From an uncultured Rhodospirillaceae bacterium (GTDB lineage Bacteria; Pseudomonadota; Alphaproteobacteria; UBA9219): DNA of 64,000 bases. Of this stretch, positions 19,982 through 29,807 are shown piece after piece (position 1 is the stretch's first letter; each line of letters begins with the position of its first letter). The DNA lies in the NCBI GenBank assembly GCA_964453225.1, contig CAYVNS010000009.1, forward strand, positions 6,794 through 70,793. The letters run 5' to 3'. The translations under genes were made by a program, and so were the position numbers. Under the pieces are notes generated by a model, which ran no database searches, was not told the DNA's origin, and saw nothing but the letters and a program-made list of their open reading frames with translations.

Positions 19982-20839
19982 GTGCAAGACTTTTCCGCCC
20001 TTTTGTTGAACCTCGACCGCGACACGGCGCGCCGGGCCCATATGGAAAAACAACTGGCGGGGGCGGGCATCGTTTTTACGCGCCAGCCGGGCGTTCTGGG
20101 CGACCGTTTGCCCGACGCTTTGCGGCCTTATTTTTATGACAGAACCGGAAGGCCGAAAACGACGATGAAAAAAGGCGAGCTGGGCTGCTATGCCAGCCAT
20201 TTGCTGGCCCTTCAACGCGTCGCGAGCGGCGAGCTTGGCCCGGCGGTTCTGATTATGGAGGACGACCTCGACCTCGCGCCGGGATTGATCGAGATCATTG
20301 CCGAGGCCCGGCGCGCGGCCCCCGCAAACTGGGATATTCTGCGGCTGTCGTCCGCCTCGCGCCGCGCCTATGTGCCGGTGGCGCGCGTCGGGGCCTCGCG
20401 GTTTCTTGTGCGTTACTCGAAAATACCCAACAGCGCGGGCGCTTATTTGGTGACGCCGGAAGGCGCGCTGAAGTTTCTTTTGCGCGGCATACGCGGGCTG
20501 ACCTTCGACGACGATTTGCGGCGGCCCTGGTTTCATGGCATGGAAACCTATGGCGTGCTGCCCTCGCCGGTGAAAGCGGGCGTTTTGCAATCGACCATCG
20601 ACGCCGTTGAGCCCGGCCGTTTCGACAAGGGCATGAGCTCGACCATGGAGCGGTTCAGGCGCGGCGATCTTTATCACGGCTTCACGCGGCTTTGTTACAA
20701 TATGCGATCCCTTGGCCCCGGGCGTTGGTGCGCCTGTTTCGCGATCAACCTTATCGACATGCTGGCCAAGCGCGTTCTGGGCCGCAGCATCATTGACGAC
20801 GCCGCAAGGCTTTTCGCGCCGGGGCCCAAGCATGCCTGA
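19982..20839 (+). CDS. Glycosyltransferase family 25 (LPS beta-1,4-glycosyltransferase, Lic2A/LgtB-like)
   Basis: LLLNLDRDTARRAHM...GELGCYASHLLALQRV GT25 signature. Confidence 0.8.
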   Translation: MQDFSALLLNLDRDTARRAHMEKQLAGAGIVFTRQPGVLGDRLPDALRPYFYDRTGRPKTTMKKGELGCYASHLLALQRVASGELGPAVLIMEDDLDLAPGLIEIIAEARRAAPANWDILRLSSASRRAYVPVARVGASRFLVRYSKIPNSAGAYLVTPEGALKFLLRGIRGLTFDDDLRRPWFHGMETYGVLPSPVKAGVLQSTIDAVEPGRFDKGMSSTMERFRRGDLYHGFTRLCYNMRSLGPGRWCACFAINLIDMLAKRVLGRSIIDDAARLFAPGPKHA

Positions 20840-22031
20840 CACGGGGAAAGCGCTTCGGGGATTCCTGATTTTTCTGTATGTCGTTGCCGTGACGGCCGGG
20901 GCTTTTACCGGCGGCGTGTGGGGAAGCCTTGGCATCGGGGGCGGGTTGATCCTTTATTTCGGGACGGCCCTAGCCGACCGGAAACTGCCGATGCCCCCGG
21001 CGCAGCTGGGTCTGTTCGTTGTGCTGACTCTCGGCCTTTTGGCGGCGGAGCTGCCTTTTTCTTCCTATCCCCAAAGATCGGTCAAGACGTGGCTGCACCT
21101 GACGACGATATATGTGCCGCTGCTTTTGCTTATGACGCCGCGCGTGCGGGCGCTTGCCTATTCGCCGCGCTTTCTGCCCGCGGTGGCCATGGCCATGGCC
21201 ATCGGGGCGATGGGCCTTGGGTTCGAGCATTTGACCCAAGGGGCCTTTATTTTCGGATTCAAAAAGCCGACCGCTTCCCTGAACGAATATAACCGCAGCA
21301 TGGCGCATCTCGTCATTCTTGGTTTTGCGGTCGCGGCCGGCCTTCGGGCGCGCTACGGCAAGGGGCATGCCGTGGGGCTTGCGCTGCTTCTTTTGTTTCC
21401 CGTCAGCCAGACGTATTCGCACACCGTCAAGCTGGCGGCGGCGGCGGGGATTGCCGTAACCGTTTTTGCGATGTTCTATCCCGCCCTTGCGCAAAAGTGC
21501 CTGAGGCTAGGGATTTTAGCGGCTGTCGGCTGGCCGCTTTTCGCGCAAAGCTTTTTTACGTTCCACGCCGGGATTGTGGCCATGCTGAAGGATTCCTTCC
21601 GGCATCGCATGGAGGTGTGGGATTATCTTTCCTACCGCATTCTGGAAAGGCCGCTTCTCGGCTGGGGGTTAGGCACGACCAATACGCTGGATTTCACGAC
21701 GCCGCACGGGGAGCTGTATCAATACGCGGTCACGGCCGCGCCGCACGCGCACAACTTTATCGTTCAGACATGGGTCGAAACCGGCGCGCCGGGGCTTGTT
21801 TTGTGCCTCTTGTTCCTGATGCTGCTTGTGCAGAAAGCGAACGCGATGCCGGCGTCCTTGCGGCCCTTTGCGTTCGGGGGCATCGCGATGTCGGTCGTGG
21901 TGTGCCTGTTCGGGTTCGATTTCTGGAGCGATTCCCTGTGGTCCGCGTTCGCCTTATCGGCTTTCGTTTTTGGCGTATTGCAGCAAAACGGCGAACGCAA
22001 AAAAAACCTCGTCAACGCTGAGGTCGCTTAG
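20832..22031 (+). CDS. O-antigen ligase (WaaL)-like polytopic membrane protein
   Basis: About 11 predicted TM helices and the motif region RHRMEVWDYLSYRILERPLLGWGLGT...APHAHNFIVQTW, typical of the Wzy_C/O-antigen ligase domain. Its ATG overlaps the GT25 stop (aagcATGcctGA). Confidence 0.75.
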   Translation: MPDTGKALRGFLIFLYVVAVTAGAFTGGVWGSLGIGGGLILYFGTALADRKLPMPPAQLGLFVVLTLGLLAAELPFSSYPQRSVKTWLHLTTIYVPLLLLMTPRVRALAYSPRFLPAVAMAMAIGAMGLGFEHLTQGAFIFGFKKPTASLNEYNRSMAHLVILGFAVAAGLRARYGKGHAVGLALLLLFPVSQTYSHTVKLAAAAGIAVTVFAMFYPALAQKCLRLGILAAVGWPLFAQSFFTFHAGIVAMLKDSFRHRMEVWDYLSYRILERPLLGWGLGTTNTLDFTTPHGELYQYAVTAAPHAHNFIVQTWVETGAPGLVLCLLFLMLLVQKANAMPASLRPFAFGGIAMSVVVCLFGFDFWSDSLWSAFALSAFVFGVLQQNGERKKNLVNAEVA

Positions 22032-22910
22032 GTTCGGGCTTTGCCGCCAGGCGACTTTTTTCCCCGGCGGCTTAGACCAGGCCGGGTCGGACTTGCCGGA
22101 AAAAAGGGCCAGCGTCGGCGCGCCCACGGCGGCGGCCAAGTGCAAGGGCCCCGTGTCGTTGCCGATGACTCCCGCCGCGCGGCGCAGCAGCCCCGCCAAT
22201 TCGAAAAGATTGGTCTTGCCGCAAAAATTGATTAAATCCGGGGCGAGCTTTTTAATGTCGTCGATGACGTTTGCGTCCGCGTCCGTGCCGACGGCGATGC
22301 AGCTTATTTTTTGGGCCCGCAATTTGTGGACGATTTCGGCAAAATTTTTTGCGGGCCAGCGCTTGTGCGGCGCGTCGGGCGAGCAGCCGGGTATGATGAT
22401 GGCATAGGGCGACGGCGGTGCGTAGGCCTCGGTCGCCTGGTCGAGCCATGTGAGATCCGTTTGCGGCGCGGCGGGAACCCCGGCGGCGCGCAACTGGGCC
22501 GAAAGAAAGTCGGTGAAATGCATGCCCGGTTTCGGCGGCCATGGGCGGGGAAAGGCGCACCAGGGGGCTGCCCCCGACCACGCGGGGCCATGCGGGCCGC
22601 CAAGAAGGGCATAGAGAATGCTTTGCCGCCTTTTGCCTTGCAGATCGTAAACGCGCGTCGGGGCGAAGGCTTTAATTTCCCGGCGCAGCTGAAGCCAGGC
22701 GGATGGCGAAAAGGTTGGGTGGGTGTCGATCAGCACGCCGTCAAAAAAGGGAAGCATCCGGGCGAAGGCCGCGTAGGCCGGGCGGGTCAGAAGCGCAATT
22801 TCAGCATCGGGATGGGCAAGCCTTATTTCGCGAAAGCTTTGGAAACAGAAGATAAGATCCCCCAGCGCGCCGAGGCGGATAACAAGAATGCGTTCTTTTT
22901 TAAAGGCCAT
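21954..22910 (-). CDS. Glycosyltransferase family 9 (LPS heptosyltransferase, WaaC/WaaF-like)
   Basis: ILVIRLGALGDLIFCFQSFREIRLAHPDAEIALLT...NLFELAGLLRRAAGVIGNDTGPLHLAAAVGAPTLALF heptosyltransferase pattern. Start at MAFKKERILV. The 3' end overlaps the ligase gene convergently by 78 bp. Confidence 0.8.
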   Translation of the reverse strand: MAFKKERILVIRLGALGDLIFCFQSFREIRLAHPDAEIALLTRPAYAAFARMLPFFDGVLIDTHPTFSPSAWLQLRREIKAFAPTRVYDLQGKRRQSILYALLGGPHGPAWSGAAPWCAFPRPWPPKPGMHFTDFLSAQLRAAGVPAAPQTDLTWLDQATEAYAPPSPYAIIIPGCSPDAPHKRWPAKNFAEIVHKLRAQKISCIAVGTDADANVIDDIKKLAPDLINFCGKTNLFELAGLLRRAAGVIGNDTGPLHLAAAVGAPTLALFSGKSDPAWSKPPGKKVAWRQSPNLSDLSVDEVFFAFAVLLQYAKNESR

Positions 22911-23057
22911 GGGCCTTTTCTCCAAAATTGTTTGTGACTCCGAAAGGGCGATCATTTATAGAAACCAAACCGTTTGCGGAACGATCGGATTTTTACCGAA
23001 TCGCTACAGATTTGTGGCAGTCCTGTTATTATGCAATGGAATTGAAAGAGTCAAAAT

Positions 23058-23735
23058 ATGCGCGAAATCGTATTGGATACCGAAACCACGGGCCTCGACC
23101 ATTCGCGGGGCGATCGCATTGTCGAAATAGGCTGCGTCGAGGTCGAAAATTACATTTCGACCGGGAATACTTTCCATGTGTATCTCAATCCCGAGCGCGA
23201 CATGCCCTCGCAGGCGGCGATGGTTCACGGCCTTACCGACGAGTTTCTGGCCGACAAGCCTGTTTTCGCGGAAAAAGCCGATTCGTTCCTTTCTTTTATC
23301 GCCGATTCGTCTCTGGTCATCCATAACGCCTCGTTCGATATGGGATTCCTTAACGCGGAGCTGGTTCGCTGCGGTTATCAGAAACTGCCGATGGAGCGGG
23401 CTCTCGATACCGTAACCATGGCGCGGCGGCTTTTTCCCGGCGCGCCCGCCTCGCTCGACGCGTTATGCAAGCGTTTCAATGTCGACGCATCAAGCCGAAA
23501 ACTGCACGGCGCCTTGCTGGACGCGCAGTTGCTGTCGGAGGTGTATCTGGAGCTGCGGGGCGGGCGGCAGCCGGACCTTCAGATGGGGCTTGCGGAAAGC
23601 GCCGCCGCGGAAGTCGTTCTGGCGACGGCAAAGGAGCGCAAAGCGCCCCGCTTGCATGTGGCCAGCGACGAGGAAATGGCTGCGCACGAGGCTTTTCTCT
23701 CTCTCCTTAAAGCGCCTTTATGGAAGCGCGCCTAG
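23058..23735 (+). CDS. dnaQ: DNA polymerase III epsilon subunit (3'-5' proofreading exonuclease)
   Basis: Exo I motif [10 protein letters not shown], Exo [14 protein letters not shown], Exo [20 protein letters not shown]. Confidence 0.9.
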   Translation: MREIVLDTETTGLDHSRGDRIVEIGCVEVENYISTGNTFHVYLNPERDMPSQAAMVHGLTDEFLADKPVFAEKADSFLSFIADSSLVIHNASFDMGFLNAELVRCGYQKLPMERALDTVTMARRLFPGAPASLDALCKRFNVDASSRKLHGALLDAQLLSEVYLELRGGRQPDLQMGLAESAAAEVVLATAKERKAPRLHVASDEEMAAHEAFLSLLKAPLWKRA

Positions 23736-24166
23736 CCGCGCTTGCGGATGCGGCGCGGCTGGCCGCCTTGCACAAGGCGTGTTTCGGGCCCGCCGGATGG
23801 AGCGCTTCGCAAATCGCGGAAAGTTTGCGCCTTGAGACGACGCTTGGCCTGATGGCGGAAAGCGACGGCGACGCGGCCGCCGTTATTTTATGCCAGATCA
23901 CGCCGGAAGCCGAGGCCGAGGTTTTGACGCTCGCCGTAAGACCCGAACTGCGCCGCTGTGGATTGGGACTGCTTTTGCTGCACGCGGCGATGGACGCGGC
24001 AAGGGCGCGGAAAGCGAAGCGTTTGTTTTTGGAGGTCGCGGCGGACAATGCGGCGGCGTTGGCGCTTTATGAAAAAGCGGGATTCGGCGCGATTGGCCGG
24101 CGACGCGGCTATTATGCAAGAAACGACGGCTCCGTTGACGCCGTGATGATGGGGGCGAGTCTGTAG
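23720..24166 (+). CDS. rimI: Ribosomal-protein-alanine N-acetyltransferase (GNAT)
   Basis: GNAT motifs ...[19 protein letters not shown]...[21 protein letters not shown]. Overlaps the dnaQ 3' end by 16 bp (dnaQ-rimI operon). Confidence 0.8.
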   Translation: MEARLAALADAARLAALHKACFGPAGWSASQIAESLRLETTLGLMAESDGDAAAVILCQITPEAEAEVLTLAVRPELRRCGLGLLLLHAAMDAARARKAKRLFLEVAADNAAALALYEKAGFGAIGRRRGYYARNDGSVDAVMMGASL

Positions 24167-24203
24167 AAAAGCCGCAATCCAAGCGTTTGTTCTTGTTGCA
24201 ATG

Positions 24204-24242
24204 TCACCCCCATCCCTGCCTTCCCCCATCAAGGGGGAAGGA
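24204..24242. repeat. REP-like element, family 1, copy 2
   Basis: tcacccccatccctgccttcccccatcaagggggaagg. Family-2 material follows at 24329-24391, and a family-1 fragment gtccacccgcaaggggagggggaagtc lies at 24471-24497. Confidence 0.65.
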
Positions 24243-24517
24243 GAGTCTCTTGCATGGAACGAGAACTGCTTTAATCACCCGGAGTGGGAAGGCATTCCTT
24301 AATTCTGATCCGGCGTTTCATACGGCAAGGCCATCTGGATCCCCGTGTCTCGACAATGCTTCGCATTGTCTCGCACGAGGATGACGGAATTAAAGTTTCA
24401 GACGGGATGACTCGGCAAGATGATTTCCGTTTTCTGTTTTTCGACTTCAGTATCGCTTACCCGTCCACCCGCAAGGGGAGGGGGAAGTCTTTCTGCCTTT
24501 CGCCTTCTGTCCTCTGT

Positions 24518-24994
24518 CTACTGGTGCAGGTGCTTGGCGAGTTCGACCTGGGCGCGGAGATCGATGGCGTCGAGTATTTCCGTAAGGCGCGGATCCTTGA
24601 TTTCGCCCTTTCGCGCATTCACGATGCGGCTGAGTTGAAGCAGTTTCTCCGTCGAAATGCCGCCGGTAAGCAATTCCAGCCGCAAATCGTCGAGGCGGCT
24701 GAGGATATCCTCGGCGCGCAGCTTGCCTTTCGCTGCATGCGCGAGCGCATCGTCAACTTCCTGCAACCCCAGAATGCCGGAGATGTTGGCGGCGCTCGAT
24801 ATGCCGCTTGTGGCCGCCGTTTCCTCGCCCTCGTCCAGCTGCTTTGCGAAAGAGGCGCTGCTGGCGCTTCCCGATTTAGCCGTGCGCTTGATCGGTTGCG
24901 AGGTTCTTACGCTTCCAAGGCCGTCAATTTTATCGATCACGCGTATCCCCTTCACCTCGATGGGCAATTTGTGCCTTAGGCGACTATATCTCAC
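24518..24994 (-). CDS. fliX: Class II flagellar assembly regulator FliX (putative)
   Basis: About 150-aa protein transcribed divergently from flgI, as in Caulobacter. It has a Ser/Gly-rich N-terminal region and a C-terminal helical region. The ORF begins with GTG, so the exact start is uncertain. Confidence 0.55.
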   Translation of the reverse strand: MRYSRLRHKLPIEVKGIRVIDKIDGLGSVRTSQPIKRTAKSGSASSASFAKQLDEGEETAATSGISSAANISGILGLQEVDDALAHAAKGKLRAEDILSRLDDLRLELLTGGISTEKLLQLSRIVNARKGEIKDPRLTEILDAIDLRAQVELAKHLHQ

Positions 24995-25045
24995 CCCTGT
25001 TCCCGTTCAAGTGTTAATGGAAAAAGGACGGAAATACAAAAGATT

Positions 25046-26302
25046 ATGACGGTGCGTACAAAAACAGGCCATTTGGCACGACTCTCGCAAGGAAAGAGGG
25101 ACAGAAGGGCCGGGGTCGCCATGTTTGCCTATGTATCGTCTTTGATCGCTATTTTCTCGCGCGCGCCCGCAGCCCGACGCGCGAAAGCGCATGGTTTTCT
25201 TCGGGCGGCGGCCCTTGCGGCAATCCTGTTTCTCCCCGTCGAGGTTCAGGCTGCTTCCCGAATCAAGGACGTCGTGAACTTCGAGGGCGTACGCGATAAT
25301 ATGCTGGTCGGCTACGGGCTGGTGGTCGGCTTGAACGGCACGGGCGACTCGTTGACGAACGTGCCTTTTACCGCGCGCAGCCTGATCGGCATGCTTGAGC
25401 GGCTGGGGATCAATTCGACGGCCGATTTTTCGACGCTGAAAACCAAGAATATCGCGGCCGTTATGGTGACGGCGACGTTGCCGCCTTTTGCGTCCCAAGG
25501 CTCGCGCGTCGACGTGGTTGTGTCCACGATGGGCGACGCCAAAAGCCTTCAGGGCGGGACCTTGCTTGTGACGCCTTTGCAAGGCGCGGATGGGCAGGTT
25601 TATGCCGTCGCTCAAGGCTCCGTCGCGTCGGGCTATAGCGCGTCGGGCCAGAGCGGCTCCAGCGTCACTAAAGGCGTGCCGACGTCGGGCCGCATCTCCG
25701 CCGGCGCGATCGTCGAGCGCGAGGTCAGGTTCCGCTTGGCGGAGTTGAACGATATGCGCCTTTCCTTGCGCAACCCGGATTTTACGACGGCCAAGCGCGT
25801 CGCTGACGCCGTGAATAAATATTCGAAAGCGCCGCTTGCCGTGGCGTTGGATTCGTCGACCGTGCGCCTTCAAATTCCCGAAGCGCGCCGCAGCGATCTG
25901 GTCGGCTTCATGACGGATATCGAACAGTTGAAGGTCGTTCCCGACGATGTGGCGCGGGTCGTCATTGACGAGCAGTCGGGCGTGATCGTCATGGGCGAAA
26001 GCGTAAACTTGAGCACCGTGGCCATCGCGCAAGGCAATTTGACGATCAAGATCAGCGAAGTTCCTCAGGTCTCCCAGCCGATGCCCCTTTCGCAAGGCGG
26101 GACGACGCAAGTCGTGGCGCGGACCGACGTGAGCGTGGACGAAGGCAAGGGCAACAAATTGGCCATGCTGCGCGGGGGCGTGAGCCTTCAGGAGCTTGTG
26201 CAAAACCTTAACGCGCTTGGCATCGGGCCGCGCGACATGATTCAAATCCTGCAATCCATCAAGGCCGCCGGGGCCTTGCAGGCCGATCTGGAGATTATGT
26301 AA
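25046..26302 (+). CDS. flgI: Flagellar P-ring protein FlgI
   Basis: RIKDVVNFEGVRDNMLVGYGLVVGLNGTGD... and an FlgI-like C-terminus ...LQELVQNLNALGIGPRDMIQILQSIKAAGALQADLEIM. The N-terminus may be shorter than the ORF call. Confidence 0.9.
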   Translation: MTVRTKTGHLARLSQGKRDRRAGVAMFAYVSSLIAIFSRAPAARRAKAHGFLRAAALAAILFLPVEVQAASRIKDVVNFEGVRDNMLVGYGLVVGLNGTGDSLTNVPFTARSLIGMLERLGINSTADFSTLKTKNIAAVMVTATLPPFASQGSRVDVVVSTMGDAKSLQGGTLLVTPLQGADGQVYAVAQGSVASGYSASGQSGSSVTKGVPTSGRISAGAIVEREVRFRLAELNDMRLSLRNPDFTTAKRVADAVNKYSKAPLAVALDSSTVRLQIPEARRSDLVGFMTDIEQLKVVPDDVARVVIDEQSGVIVMGESVNLSTVAIAQGNLTIKISEVPQVSQPMPLSQGGTTQVVARTDVSVDEGKGNKLAMLRGGVSLQELVQNLNALGIGPRDMIQILQSIKAAGALQADLEIM

Positions 26303-26706
26303 TGGAAGGCGTTTTGCCCATCACGGCCGCGCTCTCGCCGATCGATCATATGGCGTCGACGAAGACGTTCGGCGCGGGCGCCGATGTCGACGCCGCGGCG
26401 CAGGATTTCGAGGCGATGTTCGCGACCCAGATGCTTCAGCCGATGTTCCAGACGGTGCCGGTGAACAGCACGTTCGGCGGCGGAAACGGCGAAGAGGTCA
26501 TGCGCACCTTCATGCTTCAGGAATACGGGAAGCTGGTCGCCAAATCCGGGCTTCTGGGAATCGCCTCGCAAGTTAAGGCCGAGATGCTTCGCGCGCAGGA
26601 AGACGCGCGAACCCAAAGCATGAAAACCGCGGACCAAGGCGCGCAGACCGCGCCGGCATCCGCGCTCACACAAACGAAAGAGACATCCCATGTCCCCGGA
26701 GCCTAA
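26302..26706 (+). CDS. cheL: Rod-binding (FlgJ N-terminal-like) protein, CheL-type
   Basis: AAQDFEAMFATQMLQPMFQ...FMLQEYGKLVAKSGLLGIASQV, characteristic of the FlgJ rod-binding domain. No muramidase domain is present. Confidence 0.75.
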   Translation: MEGVLPITAALSPIDHMASTKTFGAGADVDAAAQDFEAMFATQMLQPMFQTVPVNSTFGGGNGEEVMRTFMLQEYGKLVAKSGLLGIASQVKAEMLRAQEDARTQSMKTADQGAQTAPASALTQTKETSHVPGA

Positions 26707-27169
26707 AAAAAGAACGCGCGCGCTTGTCGGCGCCCCGAAACTGGCGGTGGCGACCATACTGCTTATGGAGGAATTGACGCGCGTTCTCGTGGCCGAGATC
26801 GACATGGTGACGAGCCGCAAGAAGGCGGAGCATGCGGCGCTTTTGAAGAAAAAGCAGCGTCTTGCCGTTGATTACCGCGCGAATATGAAGGCCATTGCCG
26901 ACGACCCGCACGTTTTCAAAACCATGCCTGAGGAGGCCAAGGATGTGTTGCGCGAAGCCGCCAAGCGCCTGGCCGAGGCTGCGGATTCGAATGCGCGCTC
27001 GCTCAGGGCCGCGGTGGGCGCGACGCGCCAGCTTATCCAGAATATTGTGGCCATGGTTCGCAGCGAGACGAACACGAAGGCTTCTTATAAAAACCACACG
27101 AAGGCGCATATGGAGCTTGGGTGTTACAGCCCGAAGTGCCGCCCTGTCGCCGTCAGTCGAACCGTTTAA
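26690..27169 (+). CDS. Flagellar protein FlbY-like (or FlgN-like) small coiled-coil protein
   Basis: 159-aa helical protein immediately after flgI-cheL, which matches the Caulobacter flgI-cheL-flbY order. The call rests mainly on synteny. Confidence 0.45.
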   Translation: MSPEPKKRTRALVGAPKLAVATILLMEELTRVLVAEIDMVTSRKKAEHAALLKKKQRLAVDYRANMKAIADDPHVFKTMPEEAKDVLREAAKRLAEAADSNARSLRAAVGATRQLIQNIVAMVRSETNTKASYKNHTKAHMELGCYSPKCRPVAVSRTV

Positions 27170-27183
27170 GCGAGGAGTTTTAC

Positions 27184-28815
27184 ATGGAGTCTGCATCGTC
27201 GTTATCCGAAGCGCTTTTCAAAACGTCGTCCTTGCTGAAAAGCCTGTTGTCGCAGGTCGGCGGATCGTCGGGCAACAACGCGCTTGACGGCATGTTTTCC
27301 AGCCTTGTTTCCGGCGGCCTTGGGGCTTCCGCTTCGGGCATCAGCTCGTCGGGGTCGGCCCGGCCTTCGGAAGGCTCTTCCGCGCGCGCGTCATCGACCG
27401 CCAGCTGGATGCAGACGACGGCGGATCTAAAAGCGACGCTGCATCAGGCTTTGGCGACGCTGAAGCAAAAAGCACCGGTTGCAGGAAAATCAAACGCGGC
27501 CGACGGACAGACGCACAAAGCCGCGCCGCAAACGGAGCCGCCGCCGTCGCAGGCCGCGCAGGAACGGGAACCGGACGAGACCGCCGCCACGGCGGAAGGC
27601 GCATCCGCCCCTTTGTGCGAGTCCGCGGAAAGGCCCCCGGAAGACGCGGGCGTTGACCTGATCGCGGCGCAGGCGGAGGCCGCTCAGAAAGCCGACGCCG
27701 AGCTTTCCGAAATTCTCGCCGAGCTGTTGGCCTTGGTACAGCTTGTTCTCCAAGCGCTTATGCAAATGCAGGGACAAGGCGGAACCGCGTTGCAAGCATC
27801 CGCCTTGCCCGAAGAAGGGGCTTTCGTTGCCGACGGCGCCGGGGCGAGCGCGACGGAGGAAGACGCGGATGCCCTTGAGTCGGCCCCGCTTATGGAGCTT
27901 TTGAAGACCGTTGAGAAGAATGTGCAGGCCTTTCTGAAAAGCGGCAAAGACGTTGCGTCGGACGCTTCCATGGAAGCGACGCTTGCGGACACGGCGCAAC
28001 AGTTGGCGCAGCTCGATTCCCGGATGGAAGAGATCGTCGCTTTGCTGCACGGGCAAAGCGCGCAGAGGCTGGCCGAAGTTAGATCGGATTATGCGCCGGA
28101 GGCGAAAAGCCAGCCGGCGGCGCTGACCGCCCCCGCTGCGGCCTTGGAGGGGACAGGGATGCCGGCGCCGGGCGCCGCCGCAAGCGCCATCGCGCTACCC
28201 GCAAGCGGCCTTGGGCATTTTTCGGCGGAGGCCGATGTAGGCTCGGGCGGCAAGGGCTTTTCTTTTGCCGCCGGCCACGGCGCGTCTGCCGCCAACGCCT
28301 CGGCCGAAGGCGCGCAGGCGACCGGCACTTATACTTTTACCAGCACGTTATCCGCGTTTCGCGCCGTTAACGGCGGCACGACCGGCTTGCCGAGCGTTGT
28401 GGATCAGGTTGTGATTCATTTAAACCGCGGCGTCAAGAACGGCCAGAGCCATGTGACGGTGCAACTTCAGCCCGGCGATCTGGGAAAAATTACGGTGAAG
28501 CTCGACTTCGACCGCGAAGGGAAAGTGCAAGGCACCGTGACCGCCGACAATCCCAAAACACTGGACATGCTTCAGAAGGATTCCCGGAGCCTTGAGCGCG
28601 CGTTGCAGGATGCCGGGCTGCGCGCCGACCCCGGAAGCCTGCAATTCAGCCTGCGGCAAGGGGATCAGAACCACCTCGACCAATCGAATGCGTATGCCGA
28701 GGGGGCCAAGGATAGGCCGGCGGAAGAAACTCTTTCACAAGCGGAACTTGTCGATATCGGGGCTCTTTCCGAGAGTTACTATCTGACGCCGACAGGCGTG
28801 AATATTAGAGTGTAA
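27184..28815 (+). CDS. fliK: Flagellar hook-length control protein FliK
   Basis: Long Ser/Ala/Pro-rich low-complexity N-terminal region. C-terminal Flg_hook domain VVIHLNRGVKNGQSHVTVQLQPGDLGKITVKLDFDREGKVQGTVTADNPKTLDMLQ. Confidence 0.75.
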   Translation: MESASSLSEALFKTSSLLKSLLSQVGGSSGNNALDGMFSSLVSGGLGASASGISSSGSARPSEGSSARASSTASWMQTTADLKATLHQALATLKQKAPVAGKSNAADGQTHKAAPQTEPPPSQAAQEREPDETAATAEGASAPLCESAERPPEDAGVDLIAAQAEAAQKADAELSEILAELLALVQLVLQALMQMQGQGGTALQASALPEEGAFVADGAGASATEEDADALESAPLMELLKTVEKNVQAFLKSGKDVASDASMEATLADTAQQLAQLDSRMEEIVALLHGQSAQRLAEVRSDYAPEAKSQPAALTAPAAALEGTGMPAPGAAASAIALPASGLGHFSAEADVGSGGKGFSFAAGHGASAANASAEGAQATGTYTFTSTLSAFRAVNGGTTGLPSVVDQVVIHLNRGVKNGQSHVTVQLQPGDLGKITVKLDFDREGKVQGTVTADNPKTLDMLQKDSRSLERALQDAGLRADPGSLQFSLRQGDQNHLDQSNAYAEGAKDRPAEETLSQAELVDIGALSESYYLTPTGVNIRV

Positions 28816-28826
28816 AGGAGAAGAAC

Positions 28827-29558
28827 ATGGCCGTTAGCGCAGTCAGCAGCCTCAGCAGCCTTTCCGATTTGGCCTCGTCGTCGACGGGCGGGTTAGATCA
28901 GACGAAAGCCTTGAACCTGAACTTTTCGACTTACTTGAAGATTCTTATCACGCAGCTCAAAAATCAGGATCCGACAAACGCGACGGACCCGAACCAGTTC
29001 ACGCAGGAACTGATTCAGATGCAGCAGGTGCAGGCGCAGATCAGCAACAACGAAGCTTTGGAAAAGCTGCAAAAATCGACGTCCGCCAACGGCCTTGCCA
29101 CCGGCGTCGGCTATATCGGGAACTACGTGCGCGCTGTTAGCGAAAACGGCGATTTCTCGCTTCAGGGAAGCGGCGCCGAGATCGGCTATACGCTGGGAAC
29201 CACGGCGAGCGATTGCAAGATCGTGATCAAGGATTCGGCCGGCTCCGTCGTCACGACGCTGAACGGCGGCAAAGCCTCGGGCGACAATTACGTGACGTGG
29301 GACGGCAAAAACGCGGCCAACGAAGCCCTGCCCGACGGCGCCTATACGTTTACGGTGGTTGCGGTAAACAGCGGCGGCAATCCCATCGAAAGCACCAATC
29401 CGACGGCTTTGTTCAAGGTGACGGGCGTCCAATCGAACAACGACGGCACGTTGACCTTGTCGGCGGGGAACCTCAGCTTGCTCTCGACCGACGTGAACGG
29501 CGTTTATTCGAGCGCGACGTTGCCAGCGGCGACCAAAGGGACGGTCGTTACGTCTTGA
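28827..29558 (+). CDS. flgD: Flagellar hook assembly/capping protein FlgD
   Basis: N-terminal FlgD motif FSTYLKILITQLKNQDPTNATDPNQFTQELIQMQQVQ, followed by an Ig/FLgD-Tudor-like C-domain. Confidence 0.85.
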   Translation: MAVSAVSSLSSLSDLASSSTGGLDQTKALNLNFSTYLKILITQLKNQDPTNATDPNQFTQELIQMQQVQAQISNNEALEKLQKSTSANGLATGVGYIGNYVRAVSENGDFSLQGSGAEIGYTLGTTASDCKIVIKDSAGSVVTTLNGGKASGDNYVTWDGKNAANEALPDGAYTFTVVAVNSGGNPIESTNPTALFKVTGVQSNNDGTLTLSAGNLSLLSTDVNGVYSSATLPAATKGTVVTS

Positions 29559-29754
29559 TTTTCGATAATTCCAAGCGACCTATGAACGCAGCAACGCGGT
29601 TTACTTCACTCGCTTTGCGCCTCGCCGGTCGCTTGCCGGGCTTCCTTTGCTTTTTCAACGGGTTCTTCGGTCCGGCGAGGATCCGCCTCCGCGCAGCCGC
29701 GCGTGATCCAGAGCGTCATTTCATTGGCCTGTTAACCTTTACCGAAGGCCTTCG

Positions 29755-29786
29755 CCCATTGTCTTTAGGCGCGTCACCCCCTATAT
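29755..29786 (+). promoter_or_regulatory. Candidate sigma-32 (RpoH) type promoter upstream of dnaJ
   Basis: cccaTTGtct ... CCCCCTATATAa about 25 bp upstream of the dnaJ ATG. The -10 resembles CCCCATNT; the -35 match is weak. Confidence 0.3.
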
Positions 29787-29807
29787 AACGGGAATAATCA
29801 GGGGATC

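Noticed and set aside
24995-25045. Possible sigma-54 (GG-N10-GC) or CtrA (TTAA-N7-TTAAC) promoter between fliX and flgI
   Set aside because: The nearest match aGGCACaaaTTGCcc has 8-nt rather than 10-nt spacing, and no TTAA-N7-TTAAC was found. No confident call is possible without the organism-specific motif.
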